DNA of 63,905 nt, the filler included, from Octopus bimaculoides (lineage: Eukaryota): NCBI RefSeq assembly GCF_001194135.2. It is 5 parts of 4 records of this genome, joined end to end, with 100 filler letters (N's around TTAATTAATTAA, not from the genome) between each part and the next. Parts side by side here need not be neighbours in the genome. Positions count along the whole stretch, not along the records: positions 1 to 12,005 come from NC_068989.1; positions 12,106 to 26,434 come from NC_068982.1; 3 more parts are not named here. The stretch is one strand, 5' to 3'. Below the pieces are notes generated by a model. That model was not told the origin of the DNA, did no database searches, and worked only from the letters and a program-made list of their open reading frames with translations. A program made the position numbers and the translations under genes. This document shows, piece by piece, positions 1 through 12,330 of this stretch (position 1 is its first letter; the number at the start of each line of letters is the position of its first letter).

Positions 1-122
<122 letters not shown>

Positions 123-690
123 ACCAAGACGTCTTCTATGCGTTGTAATATTTTCAAATAAAGGTATGTATTTGTTAGCGACATGTGAAAATGTGTAAAC
201 TTGTTTAGTTGGCACTGGAGCTTATATATATGTAACGAATGCAAGATTTCTATCTATGTACGTTATAAAGTTCCTACTACTGTTTGGCCTTTCGTATCTT
301 ACAGTAGCGTATTTACGCATTTGAGAGGTTTTATGTGTAGTAGTTGTAAAGTTGTGCCTTGACAATGGTAGAAGGATGTAACTAATAGTTCTTCTTGTAT
401 ATTTAAATGTCAATGTATGAGTATGAAGAATTTAGTTCTATAAATTCTTTTGGAGTGATGTTTCGTTAGTATTATATTTTCTGTTAAAGTTGTTTATTTT
501 ACATTTGCTACTTTGGTTCTTACTGTGCATTTTGTGTGAGATGTGCTTGACGTTTTGTATGTCGGTTATTTTTGTTATAGGAACAGGGATTGTTACAGGA
601 CTATAACGGTGGTACTGTTTCGATTCGGGGTATGTATGAATTTTTGGTGCTTTGTGTTAACAGTTTGTATTATTGTTTATTCTTGTATAC

Positions 691-900
691 GACGGAGAGC
701 TGGTGGTGACATTAATGCGCCGGAGAAAATGTTTAGCGGCATATCTTCTGGTTTTATGTTCAAATGTCACCGAGGCCAACTTTGCTTTTCATCCTTTCGG
801 GTCGACAAAATAAGTACCAGTTTAGTAAAGGGGTGCAAGTAATCGACTAGCCCCTCCCCTCAAAAATTCAGGCCTTATACCTACAGCAGAAAGAATTATT
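691..900 (+). mobile_element. tRNA-derived SINE with Nin/Deu-like core
   Basis: Contains the family core actttgcttttcatcctttcgggtcgacaaaataagtaccag shared by about 16 copies in the window. Confidence 0.75.
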
Positions 901-1251
901 ATATATTCTTGTTTTCCTTGCTTTCCTGTTTTAAGATGCAAACTGTTCAGAAGATTCTCGTGAAATGAAACCCTTCAGGAATTTCTTATAAGCTGAAACC
1001 CTTTGAAAAGCAGATCCTGACTGCGAATAGTGGTCAACATAATCATCAAAGACTTGTTTGTCCATAATTCTGGACTAGACTGATACTCTTTTTCTATCAT
1101 GGCTTCAGTGTTCACACTGATATATCCATGCTCACTTTCCCAGCATTTGAGAATATACTACAACACATCATATAACTTATTTATCTCAGGTATACCCAAT
1201 GAATCAACACACACACACATATATATGTATGTATATATATGCATTTATATA

Positions 1252-1635
1252 TACTAGCAGAACGACCACCCTCAGGGCGGTTTTCTGCTAGCCCCTTGGT
1301 AATGTTTTCACATTTGATTCCCAATTCTAATAATTTTTATATTTTACGTCGTATTATTTCTTTGTATAATAGTGCTCACTTACTTAGTAAATATTGCTTT
1401 CATTATTTTATCACAGTCATAATCTCTCTTTTTTTAAGCAAACATCACGATAGTCCAACAACAGAGGAAGAAGCAGTTTGTCAAGTTTTACCTTCCCCTC
1501 AAAGCAACATAGAAATTTAAATTCAGCAGGCCATCTGTAAGCTTTGCAGTGTGTGTGTGAGAGAGAGGGAGGGAAGAGCGAACATTGCAAACAATAAATG
1601 AAAAAATTGTATACAGTCTGATGAATGCCAACAGG
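1252..1635 (+). mobile_element. Possible non-autonomous Helitron/Helentron-like element
   Basis: Starts tatactagcag with a terminal hairpin at 1254-1291 and ends near a second tatactagc. Confidence 0.4.
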
Positions 1636-2054
1636 AATGAAAGTATATACTAGCCTTTATATATTTAATTCTCTATATTTAATACTCAATATTTCATATA
1701 TTCAATAAGACATTCAATACTTCATTTCATTTTACTATTTATATTATATTATATATTTCATATTCTATATCCCACATTAATTTTATAAGAATATAAATAA
1801 AACATAAAAAACAGACAGAGTTGGAACTCTTTTAAATAATATATTCCTCTATACACGATCATGCAAAACCCTTTTTTGTGTATTTNNNNNNNNNNNNNNN
1901 NNNNNNNNNNNNNNNNNNNNNNNNNNNNNNNNNNNNNNNNNNNNNNNNNNNNNNNNNNNNNNNNNNNNNNNNNNNNNNNNNNNNNNNNNNNNNNNNNNNN
2001 NNNNNNNNNNNNNNNNNNNNNNNNNNNNNNNNNNNNNNATATATATATATATAT

Positions 2055-2495
2055 AAGGGTATCGCAAAAAATGCATACACACTTTAGCAGCTGATAACTG
2101 ATGTTTTTTTTTCTTTCCAGATGAAACTCATTGGAATTAATGATGGCAGTCAGACTAAGCTTTGAACAAAGGAAATTCATTCTAAAATGCTACTGGAAGT
2201 GTGAAAACGTAGTTGAAGTGCAAAGGCATTTTAGGAGGGAGTTCCAAACAGACACACCAACTAACCATCACTCGAATCAGAGATTAGTTTGAAGCCGATG
2301 GAACTGTTCAGAATGTCCACGAGAAGCATTCCGGAAGACCACGAACATTGATAACTCCCACAAAGCAAAAAGAAGTGCTGGAAACGTATCACCAAAGTCC
2401 AAGTAAACCTGTGCGGTAAGCGAGTCGTGAGGTAGTTACTTCAAAATCGTCTGTCCAACGCAGTTTGGAGCGTAGTCAATGGAAAGGTTACGGAG
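2055..2495 (+). mobile_element. Tc1/mariner-superfamily transposase N-terminal remnant (DUF4817-type HTH)
   Basis: From ATG 2143: MAVRLSFEQRKFILKCYWKCENVVEVQRHFRREFQTDTPT, then after a frameshift ..FEADGTVQNVHEKHSGRPRT; truncated where the RTE begins. Confidence 0.75.
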
Positions 2496-4260
2496 AAAGC
2501 TCCAGGACCAGATAACATCCCGTTTGAGTTTTTCACGCACGGAGGTCCTGGGCTGGGAAATCATCTGATGCTCCTTATCCTCAAGATCTGAGAAAGCAAG
2601 ACCCCCACCTCCGAACGACTTCTGCGATGCAACTATGATCACCATCTACAAAAATGACACCTAGAAGATTGCAACAACTATCAGGGCATCTCACCTCTGA
2701 GTATTGCAAGTATGATCTTCGCCCGTATCCTACTCAATCGCTTCCTCATCCGCGTGTAGCTTTCGACCCTCCCGAGGCACAATCGACATGATCTTTTGTG
2801 CCCGTCAACTCCAGGGGAAGTGTCAGGAACAACAACAGCTTGCAATGTTCATCTTCTGGGATCTAAAGAAAGCCTTTGACAAGGTCCCCTGTCCTGCAAT
2901 GTGGGCCGTCTTTGCCCGGTTTGGATGTCCGGAGGACTTTATTGTCCTGGTCCACTCCCTTCACGACGGCATGGTAGCTAAGGTATGCCATCAAAATGCC
3001 CTCACAGACCCGTTTCCCATCACTAGGGGTCTTAAGCAATGATATGTCCTGGCACCAACCTGTTTCTCTTGATACATGGCCGCCATGTTCAATGAAATCC
3101 CACTAGACTCGCCTTCCATCAACATGCACTATCGCTTGGATGGCGGAATCTTCAGTCTCGCACGTCTCTGCGCAAAGACGAGGACCTCCGCCATCTCAGT
3201 CCGTGAGATGCAGTATGCCGACGACAATGCCACACCGATCCGGACCACAGTTGGCCAACAAAGGACGGCCGATCTTTACAACGCAGCTTACGAACGCTTC
3301 GGGATGCAGGTAAACACATTAAAGACTAAGATGCTGATCCAACCTGCACCCGGCCAGAACTGTCCGCCCACACAACATTAGCATCAACGGCCAACCCCTA
3401 GAAGAAGTTGAACGTTTCACATACCTTGGAAGTATCCTCTCGAAGTATCCTCTCGTGTGAAAAGGACACGGAGAACCGGATTCGGGTGACCCAATCCNNN
3501 NNNNNNNNNNNNNNNNNNNNNNNNNNNCACTGGCCATCTGGACAAAGATCATGGTCTTCCGTGCCATTTTCCTGTCAACTCTACGCTTGTGAGACTTGGA
3601 CGTTGTACCGCCGTGCCTTCAAGCGCCTTGAATGCTTCCAGCAATCAAAGCTGCGACAGATCCTCAACATACAATGGGAAGATCACGTTACCAACAACAA
3701 GGGTCTTCGCCGCGCCTCACTACCAAGTGTCGAAGCCACCATTCTTCGCCATCGTCTCCACTGGGCAGGTCAGGTCCAGCGTATGGAGCCCTCTCTTCTC
3801 CCAAGGATCATACTCTACGGAGAACTTGCAATGGAAACAAGACACACAGGTGTTCCGAAATTCCGTTTTAAAGACCATCTCAAATGTACCTTGGCTCAAA
3901 CTAACATACAGCCATCCTCATGGGAACAGATTGCCATGGATAGGACAACTTGGAGGACTGCTAACCGCAATGGAGCCAGCTCCATCGAGGAGAACAGACA
4001 ATAGAATGAGGAGGCAAAACGCAAGAGAAGAAAGGAACGTCTTCAACATCCTCGAACTGCACCGACCATCCCGTGCAAGTTCTGCCCACGACTCTTTCAC
4101 CACCGACTTGGACTCCAAAGTCACTTTCAGCACAAACATCAGCCAAGGAGACTGAACAGAAACTGATGAACTCAATGATTGGATACGATCTGGAGTCGGC
4201 ATACATACATCTATACATACATACATACATTCATACATACATGCATACATACACCCACAT
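2496..4260 (+). mobile_element. 5'-truncated RTE-clade LINE (RT, C-terminal C2H2-like motif, (CATA)n tail)
   Basis: KAPGPDNIP, DLKKAFDKVP, GLKQ.YVLAPT, QYADD and C-terminal CKFCPRLFHHRLGLQSHFQHKH, with frameshifts and stops. Short 3'UTR runs into (CATA)n at about 4200. Confidence 0.9.
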
Positions 4261-4670
4261 ATACCCATATATATGAGTATACAATATATATATTGCACAT
4301 ATAAATTCACAGACACACCAGAAGTAAATAGACCCCCTTATAATGGTTGAAATTTATTTAAATCTGAAATTATGCATTCAAACTATTTACTAATCATTAT
4401 AATATGAATATCTAATATTTAGTAGACATGCCCTTTGCATTTTTCAAATCAAGGCCCCTATTAGGCATACTACTGATCAAATGAATATTCTTTGCGGTTA
4501 TGTGTTTCAGTTTTCATTTGTGTATGTATGTGTGCGTTTGTCTGTCCATATTACCTATGTATCTATTTAGCTATCTGTTTACTTACATATCCATTTAACC
4601 ACACACACACACACGCACACACACACACACACACATACACACACACATGCATACATATATGTGTGTGTGC

Positions 4671-4722
<52 letters not shown>

Positions 4723-4789
4723 CTATATAACAGCCTTCTAACAACTCTACCTCTGTATATATATAAACTGTGAGTATTGAGATATGACT

Positions 4790-5682
4790 ACCTTCTACGT
4801 ATATTTCCTATTAAGTACAAGTAGTGTTTCATTTATGAGGACGTACTCCTCTATTTGTCTGAGTGTTTGGTCCTTCGAGTGCTTGGATAAAATGTGGATG
4901 TCAAGTTGACCCAGTATGCCTCCATATTGGTCTTTGGCATGCTGGTAGAGCATGTAGGACTGTTTTCTTGTCGTCATATTGTCTCAAATGTTCATTTAGT
5001 CTCTCCGCAATGCTTCTAGTTGTCTCACCTATGTATATCATATTCTTGTCTTTACAAGCACCCTCTATGCACCTTATGCTGTATACTACATTTCTAATTT
5101 TACAGTTAATACCAGGGTTAATCTTACATACCACGCAGTTGTCATTGTTGCATGTGGTATTCTCAAAGGGGTACGTCCTACATAGCTGTGATCTGATGGA
5201 GCTCCCTGACTTTTCAGCGATCTTAATATTGAGTTATGTCTCCTTCAGAGCTTTCCTATATCTTCGGGCTAATTCTCCATGGGCTGTGACCTCTGCAAAC
5301 ATCAATCCTTGATATCTGTCGGCCTTGTACAACGTGTTCATCCTATTTGCTTTGTCACAAACTCTTTGTATCCTATTCCAGTATTTATGTCTATATCTAG
5401 GGCAGGTACCATTGGTTTCATTACATATAATGCTATCTAACTTCTTTCTAGCTGCCCTGTATACGCGAACCCTATCTTTCTGATCATATCCAGAGAATTG
5501 CATGTAGTGCATGAAGTTCTGTACATGTTTCTTTGTTTCATAGGGTTTGCATAGTGGGAACACGTTGTTCATTATCCTGAGTCTGCCATCAGTATGTTGA
5601 TTTTCATTTTGTGTGACAAAGCTGAGTTCTTGTGAACAACATATTTAGAAGCTATGGGTTTCATGTAATAGGAGTGGAGGAG
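4790..5682 (-). mobile_element. Penelope-like element remnant (RT thumb and GIY-YIG endonuclease)
   Basis: HSYYMKPIASKYVVHKNSAL, FMHYMQFSGY, CKIRNVVYSIRC..CKDKNMIYIGETTRSIAERLNEHLRQ, RQIEEYVLIN. Confidence 0.88.
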
Positions 5683-6507
5683 CTGATTCTTACTGTTGCA
5701 AGAATCGTTCAACTGACATTTATAACGCTGTCATCATTTTCAGAAATAATATATATTCTTCAATTATCTCGCATTTATAAAGACTGTAAGGTGTTATTTG
5801 AGAGAGATTGAGCAGCTGTTATTTCTTGTATATAAAACAACGGAGCAGTGGACTGTAACAGTGGCTACACTGATATATATTTAGAATATTAGTATCATAC
5901 ATAAAAACGGAAGATACGATTAAAGTACAGAAAGTCTAATTTTGCCATCCAGGATCCAAACAACTTGAGCTGTTTACTAAATGTCAATGGGGTAAACCGA
6001 CTGGAATAAAACATGGCTGAACTTGAAATGTAGTAGAGGAAAACAAAATCAATAACTCTTGATCATTAAATGTGTACCACACCTGCAAAGGTATATAGCT
6101 TTAGAAAGATCTCTCAAGAATTCTACTATCTCCCTCATTATTCACTTCTAGTTTTATTCTAATGAAAGAATAATGTTTATTTTGCGGATTATTTTCATCC
6201 GGTCAAATTCGTGTAATATTTCTTAGATTGAATATTTACTAAATGGTTTTACTAAATGGTTTTACCATTTTAACTCCGGAACTTTTATTTACCTTGTGCA
6301 ATTTTGATATAATTAAGTTTGGAGCTTCAGTATTTCTTAAAAAGAATAGAAAACGGGCAATATCAGGTATATTTCAAAACATTCCATTTGGTAGATGAAA
6401 ACCGTATGGAAGCCCATCATAGATATATACGAAATAAACAACTAGTCAAGTACTACGGTCGATGTAATCGACTAGCCTCTTTCCCTAAGATTTCAGTATT
6501 TACATAT

Positions 6508-6645
6508 TGAGTTCAAATTCCGCCGAAGTCGACTTTGCCTTTCTTCCTTTGGGAGTCGATGAAATAAGTACCAGTTTCACAGTGGGGTATAATCAACTTA
6601 CCCTTTCCAAAAACATCAAGATTTGTGACTATAATAGGAAGGATT
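6508..6645 (+). mobile_element. Nin/Deu-core SINE, 5'-truncated, with (ATT)n tail
   Basis: gagttcaaattccgccgaagtcgactttgcctttcttcctttgggagtcgatgaaataagtaccag. Confidence 0.8.
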
Positions 6646-6646
6646 A

Positions 6647-6707
<61 letters not shown>

Positions 6708-7822
6708 TGCCTGACCATCGTCTCTTGCCCTGTTTCATGGCTGACCAAGCTGGAGAGCTTGCTTTTCCATTTTCTGTGGAAGGGATGTGATCCGCTCGTC
6801 TGACGGGCTATCTGCTGTCAACAGCTGCTGAGTGGAGGACTGGGTGTGCCATGGCTAATGATGCGCAGACACGCGTTGAGGCTACATCTCCAGCATTTTC
6901 TTCACGGTGAACAGGTGTGGTCGCCGTTTGTCAAGCAGGATTTTCCGTAGCTCGTNNNNNNNNNNNNNNNNNNNNNNNNNNNNNNNNNNNNNNNNNNNNN
7001 NNNNNNNNNNNNNNNNNNNNNNNNNNNNNNNNNNNNNNNNNNNNNNNNNNNNNNNNNNNNNNNNNNNNNNNNNNNGAGGATTCTTCGGCCGGGGCTTCTG
7101 TATAACTTCCAGAAATCCATGACGAGGAAGTGCTACCAGGGAACTCTGTCGGTTCGAGACAAGCTCTACAGACACAGAAGTTCTGTCAGACAGACCTTTT
7201 CGGGGTATGGGCAGGGTGACGAAACTGTCCTGCACGCACTCTTCCGGTGTTAGTGCATTACTGACTTGTGGAGCTTTGTCGAACAGCTGTTATTGCGTGT
7301 AGGACGGATCCGATTATCAACCGAGTTCGTCGTGAAGATCGCTCCGCTGCCTTCCTTTGGCCGGGAAGGAAAGGAAGGCAGATTTTCTCTGTCTGGTGGC
7401 TATGGCGAAGTGGGTAGTGTGGTGGACGAGATTGAAAATGAAAATGATGGTAGAGAGGGAAGTTCTGCACCACCACCCCCAACCACCCAGTAAATTTGTT
7501 GAAAGGTGGGTGCATGTGGTGAGGATAGCCCGTCGAATGGCTACTCTGAACTTTCGTTTGTAAACCGGGGGAATTGAGGACGAGAGGGGAGCCTGTGGAG
7601 GTGCCTCTGGTGGTCAGGATAACCAGATTGTGCGCGGTTCTACGGTTGTCCTTGTGAGGAACTCCCGCCTTTTGGAGAAATTTTATTGTTTAATTGTTTT
7701 GTTATTTGTTTTTTGTTACTTATTGTATACACGGAATTGTTCAACACCCCACTTTTCCCTTGTATTGTATTGTCCCTATTTGTTTTGTGTTCAGTCCTTG
7801 AGGCCAATAAAAGAAAGCATTA
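6708..7822 (+). mobile_element. L1/Tx1-clade LINE 3' fragment
   Basis: LESLLFHFLWKGCDPLVRRAICCQ..LSGGLGVPWL, then DETVLHALFRC (zf-RVT-like). Ends aataaaagaaagc followed by (ATT)n. Confidence 0.8.
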
Positions 7823-7856
7823 TTATTATCATCATCATCATTATTATTATTATTAT

Positions 7857-7915
<59 letters not shown>
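7820..7915. repeat. Compound (ATT)(ATC)(ATT)(AGT)n microsatellite
   Basis: Read directly from the sequence. Confidence 0.95.
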
Positions 7916-8457
7916 TGTGAGAGAGCAATGCATGCTATCAAAGTGACACTAGAGTACAAATATATGAAGCCCAATATACCCATCATGACTTCTCGTCTGA
8001 TGATGGTATACCATGCACATACATCACAACCATATGTGCGCGACATCGTGATCTCATATCAAGATAAACAGTACATGACCTCGCAGGTGGGGGCCAAGTT
8101 AGAATTTTCTTCAGGCCGAGTAGCCCATCCAGCTCAAAAAGTTCCTGAATAAGGGTTGTNNNNNNNNNNNNNNNNNNNNNNNNNNNNNNNNNNNNNNNNN
8201 NNNNNNNNNNNNNNNNNNNNNNNNNNNNNNNNNNNNNNNNNNNNNNNNNNNNNNNNNNNNNNNNNNNNNNNNNNNNNNNNNNNNNNNNNNNNNNNNNNNN
8301 NNNNNNNNNNNNNNNNNNNNNNNNNNNNNNNNNNNNNNNNNNNNNNNNNNNNNNNNNNNNNNNNNNNNNNNNNNNNNNNNNNNNNNNNNNNNNNNNNNNN
8401 NNNNNNNNNNNNNNNNNNNNNNNNNNNNNNNNNNNNNNNNNNNNNNNNNNNNNNNNN

Positions 8458-8672
8458 TTAGATTGCTGGAAAAGAAAAGAATCCTAACATCGGGCTATAA
8501 AAAGTAGTCTTAGATGTCAAGAGCCTTCCTATTGCGTTACAACAAGTAACCTTAGATGCCAAAAGTCTCCTAAGTATCCTAGCTTTCCCTAATAACACTG
8601 CTTTCTGCAGCTCTACTAAACTGGGTTTCATACCTATTTCCTCTATCCATCTGTTCAGATCTTTAGGGATAG
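8458..8672 (-). mobile_element. Third R4/Dong-type 3' fragment
   Basis: IPKDLNRWIE.IGMKPSLVELQKAVLLGKARILRRLL, the typical C-terminus of RLE-type ORFs; runs up to an N-gap. Confidence 0.75.
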
Positions 8673-8712
8673 TTATTATTATTGTTGTTGTTGTTGCTGT
8701 TATTATTATTAT

Positions 8713-8991
8713 TTACTTTTAATCTGCATGTCTGTTACATTCACTCGCCGAGACACACCCAGCGTCTTATGACGATGTTACAGTATGACTGAAAGCTTGA
8801 GGAGGGGAAGTGGCAGGGGCAGTAGCGAAATATCTTCATGTAATATAACACAGACATTTAAATTGATAGGGTTTTTCTAAGGAAGTAGGAAGTACTTGTG
8901 AGCATAATCCTTTGGATTTCTCTGAGACATAGCTTACCTGGGATATTATCTACATGTTTCTGATATCCCTTTCTTATCATACCTAGGGTAC
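8713..8991 (-). mobile_element. Second R4/Dong-type 3' fragment
   Basis: TLGMIRKGYQKHVDNIPGKLCLREIQRIMLTSTSYFLRKTLSI*, then a 3'UTR and a (TAA)/(CAA)n tail. Confidence 0.75.

Positions 8992-9061
<70 letters not shown>
8992..9061. repeat. (TAT)n microsatellite between R4/Dong elements
   Basis: Read directly from the sequence. Confidence 0.98.
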
Positions 9062-9062
<1 letters not shown>

Positions 9063-11340
9063 GCGGACGTTTTACATTCTTGATATCGGGTCACAGACAC
9101 TTTCTTTAGATATCGTGGACCTTTCTTACAATCCTTACTGTTTTCAATAGATCAGATTTCTGAATTAATGCAGCTCTCGTAATTATACCAATCTCGTTAA
9201 GGAAACTGTTAAGTCTGTTGGTGACGGTACATGCGGCACCTATTACAACAGATTACTTTTGTAGAAACCCTCCTCAGTCGTCGTATTTCCTTGTCAAATC
9301 CTGGTGTTTTCCTATTTTCTTCTGTTCTTTGACCACTTCATTGATGCCTGCAGATATAGTCACATCTAAGGTGGTGCACTCTTTTTCCCCTTGTAAGAAT
9401 CATAATATCTGATCGCCTTGCATGAATTTCGCAGTCAGTCTGTTCATTAAAATCATATAAAACCTTATACTGGTCGTTTTCTATTTCACTTTTCGGTTGA
9501 TGTTGGTAGCATTTTCTTTCTACTTTAAATCCTCTTTGCCATATTTTGACCCGTTGTAATGCCTTGGCCACACAGTCGTGTCTGCGTCTATATTTCTTCT
9601 GTGCCAAATGAATTTCTCTTTCTTATTTCAAGCCCTACACTTTGCATTTTTCGCGGGTTTGTCTATTTTCGCCTGGCTTTGTGCAGTCATTATGAGTACT
9701 TTCGTTTCTTTCGTAAGGTCTCCATTCTTCAGCCATAGCCAAGACTCCTCTGCTGCGACACCCAGCGTTTGTCTGAGATGCTGACCGTGTAGTTCTTTTC
9801 TCCAGATATTTCTTTCTCGTCCCTGTTTTCTTCTTTTCTTGTATTTCGTTGTTGTCACCACGGCTTCTTTCTCCTCTCCTCAAGCAGGTAAAATCAGTCT
9901 TTCTGAGTTGCTTCTATATCGCGTTTTGCCATCTCTACACAGCTTTCTATTGATATCAGTCTCCTCCCATCTCCTTCCATAAGTGCAATCTATCGACACT
10001 GTCTCTAGGATGTAGTAATCTGTATATGGGCATCGTTTTCCTGGTTTTACAATCCTTTTCTCTTAGCTCTTCCTTAGACTAATTCAAGAAAGCAGCAGAA
10101 TATCGCATTAGATAGACTGCCTATGTGTTCACTGGAGAGATTCTTTTTCCTCCATTCAGTTTTGAGCTTAGAACCCTTCTTACTCTCCTGAAATATTCGT
10201 TTCTCACTTTCTCTTTCATTTCCTGACAGAAAATTCTACCTGCCTCCAATACGCCTTCGTAATTGTAACAGTTATCCTCATTCATTGCTCGAATCAATCA
10301 TTCATTAGGGAGTTTAATCCTTTCTGACTTGGGTATCATTCCTCTCTTTATCGTTAGCAACGTACATTTATCTATTCCAAACTCCATGACAATATCATTA
10401 CTCACAACTCTAACAGTCTGAACCAGTGAATCTAAAGCTTTATAGGTCATCCATTTGTATCATGCTAAATTTGTAGTATGATTTAACCTCTCCCAAGATC
10501 AGTGTAAGAGGAGTAAGAGCAACCACGAATAGCAGCAGTGAGAGTGTATCACCTTGGAACATTCCCCTACTTATGCTGATTACACGTAACTTATCTTGAC
10601 CAGATGTTAGTATAGGTCTCCATTTTGGCATAATATTTTGTTAGAGCTGGACAACATTCTCAGCTATCCCAAATATACTGAGGCATTCTAGGATCCATGA
10701 GTGCGGCACACACTCGTATGCCTTTTTGTAATCCGTCCACGCCGTTGCTAATATTTTCTTCTTGATTTTGACATTTCGCAGGATTTGCTGATGTATATAT
10801 AATAGGTTGTTCGTCTCTTTGGAACATTTTCTTCATCCTTTCTGTTCTTTTTGGCAGTAGATCACCCTCCTCAAGATTATAAATATCCTTTGCGATAATA
10901 CCTGTTAGCAACTTCTATGCCAGTGAAAGGTGAGTTATTGGTCAGTAGTTTTTATTTGTTACGTCTGTCTTCGTGTTTTACAGTTTCAGATTATTTGGCA
11001 TTGCTGTGTGGTTACATCTACGTTTTCCTGATGTATTTATCCTTTTATGTGTTCCGTTTATATTTCTGATTTTTTTTTTTGTTTTGAGAATATGTCTCCA
11101 TAAGTTAGATACTCTGCTAGGGTTTCCAGTTTCCAGTTGGTAATACGCGCATTATTGAAGTTTTTACTGATATGTCATTTCAGTTAACTTAGTCAAAGTG
11201 ATTTGTGTAGTGCTGTCCAGATTAACACTTCAAACCTTTATTCTTGATTTTTGCATTTGCATGTTCGTTGCTTATCCACACCGTTACTCATATCTCCGAC
11301 AATCTCCCCATGCATTACTTTTCCACTCCATTATGTGTCT
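9062..11340 (-). mobile_element. R4/Dong-clade non-LTR retrotransposon (RT and restriction-like endonuclease), decayed and 5'-truncated
   Basis: NY*PIT..KLLTGII, RGMFQGDTLS.LLF, MDDL, HGQHLRQ..SWLWLKNGDL, RRHDCVAK..LYDFNEQTD.EIHARRSDI, VVIGA..IQKSDLLKTVRIVRKV*. Short 3'UTR then (TAA)n. Confidence 0.88.
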
Positions 11341-11374
11341 TTTTCTTCCATTTCGATTTTACTTACATTCACAT

Positions 11375-11758
11375 GGAGGCGCAATGGCCCAGTGGTTAGG
11401 GCAGCGGACTCGCGGTTAGAGGATCGCAGTTTCGATTCCCAGACCGGGCGTTGTGAGTGTTTATTGACCGAAACACCTAAAGCTCCACGAGGCTCCGGCA
11501 GGGAATGGTGACGAACCCTGCTGTACTCTTTCACCACAACTTTCTCTCACTTTTACTTCCTGTTTCTGTTGTACCTGTAATTCAAAGGGTCAGCCTTGTC
11601 ACAGTGTGTCACGCTGAATATCCCCGAGAACTACGTTAAGGGTACACGTGTCAGTGGAGTGATCAGCCACTTGCACGTTAATTTCACGAGCAGGCTGTTC
11701 CGTTGATCGGATCAACTGGAACCCTCGTCGTCGTAAGCGACGGAGTGCCAACAACAAC
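11375..11758 (+). mobile_element. Full-length tRNA-derived SINE with (CAA)n tail
   Basis: Head ggaggcgcaatggcccagtggttagggcagcggactcg..ttcgattccc contains Pol III A and B boxes; ends cggagtgccaacaacaac. Confidence 0.8.
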
Positions 11759-12105
11759 TCTGTCAGATATAATGCTTATTCGTTCACATTATTTTGGATT
11801 TATCATACATTATCATACATTATCATACATTAGCTTTGAGATTTCAATGATGTGATTCTTTTAGAATGACAATGTAGGGTATGTGTGAGAAGCCTAATCT
11901 GGCCAGTTTGAACGTAAGACAGTCAGAATATTTGGGTTTGACATGGCCAGCTTGAATACTCAAGAGTTAAGGCACTGGATTGCGGTCATGCTGGGGCACC
12001 GCTTCNNNNNNNNNNNNNNNNNNNNNNNNNNNNNNNNNNNNNNNNNNNNTTAATTAATTAANNNNNNNNNNNNNNNNNNNNNNNNNNNNNNNNNNNNNNN
12101 NNNNN

Positions 12106-12142
<37 letters not shown>

Positions 12143-12147
<5 letters not shown>

Positions 12148-12312
12148 GGCATGAATGTTTGGTAGGAAGCTTGGTTCCCAATCACGTGAGTCTGGATTTA
12201 GTCCGACTGCGTAGCACCTTGCATAAGTATCTTCTATTACAGCCTCGGGCAGACTACAGCCTTGTGAGCGGATTTGGTAGACGGAAACAGAAAGAACCAT
12301 GCCGTATATGTA
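12143..12312 (+). mobile_element. tRNA-derived CORE-type SINE
   Basis: tRNA-like head followed by gcaccttgcataagtatcttctattacagcctcggg (CORE-like ccttgggcaagt segment). Related copies at 14090-14310 (+) and 57566-57720 (-). Confidence 0.7.
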
Positions 12313-12330
12313 TATATAAAATATATATAG

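Noticed and set aside
901-1200. Minus-strand open stretch of about 55 codons (KCWESEHGYISV..)
   Set aside because: No recognisable homology or reliable splice sites.
3589-4276. Alternative-frame and antisense ORFs over the RTE element
   Set aside because: These are shadow frames of a GC-richer retroelement.
11375-11450. tRNA-like sequence with A and B boxes
   Set aside because: It is a SINE head continuing into SINE body and tail; there is no complete cloverleaf.
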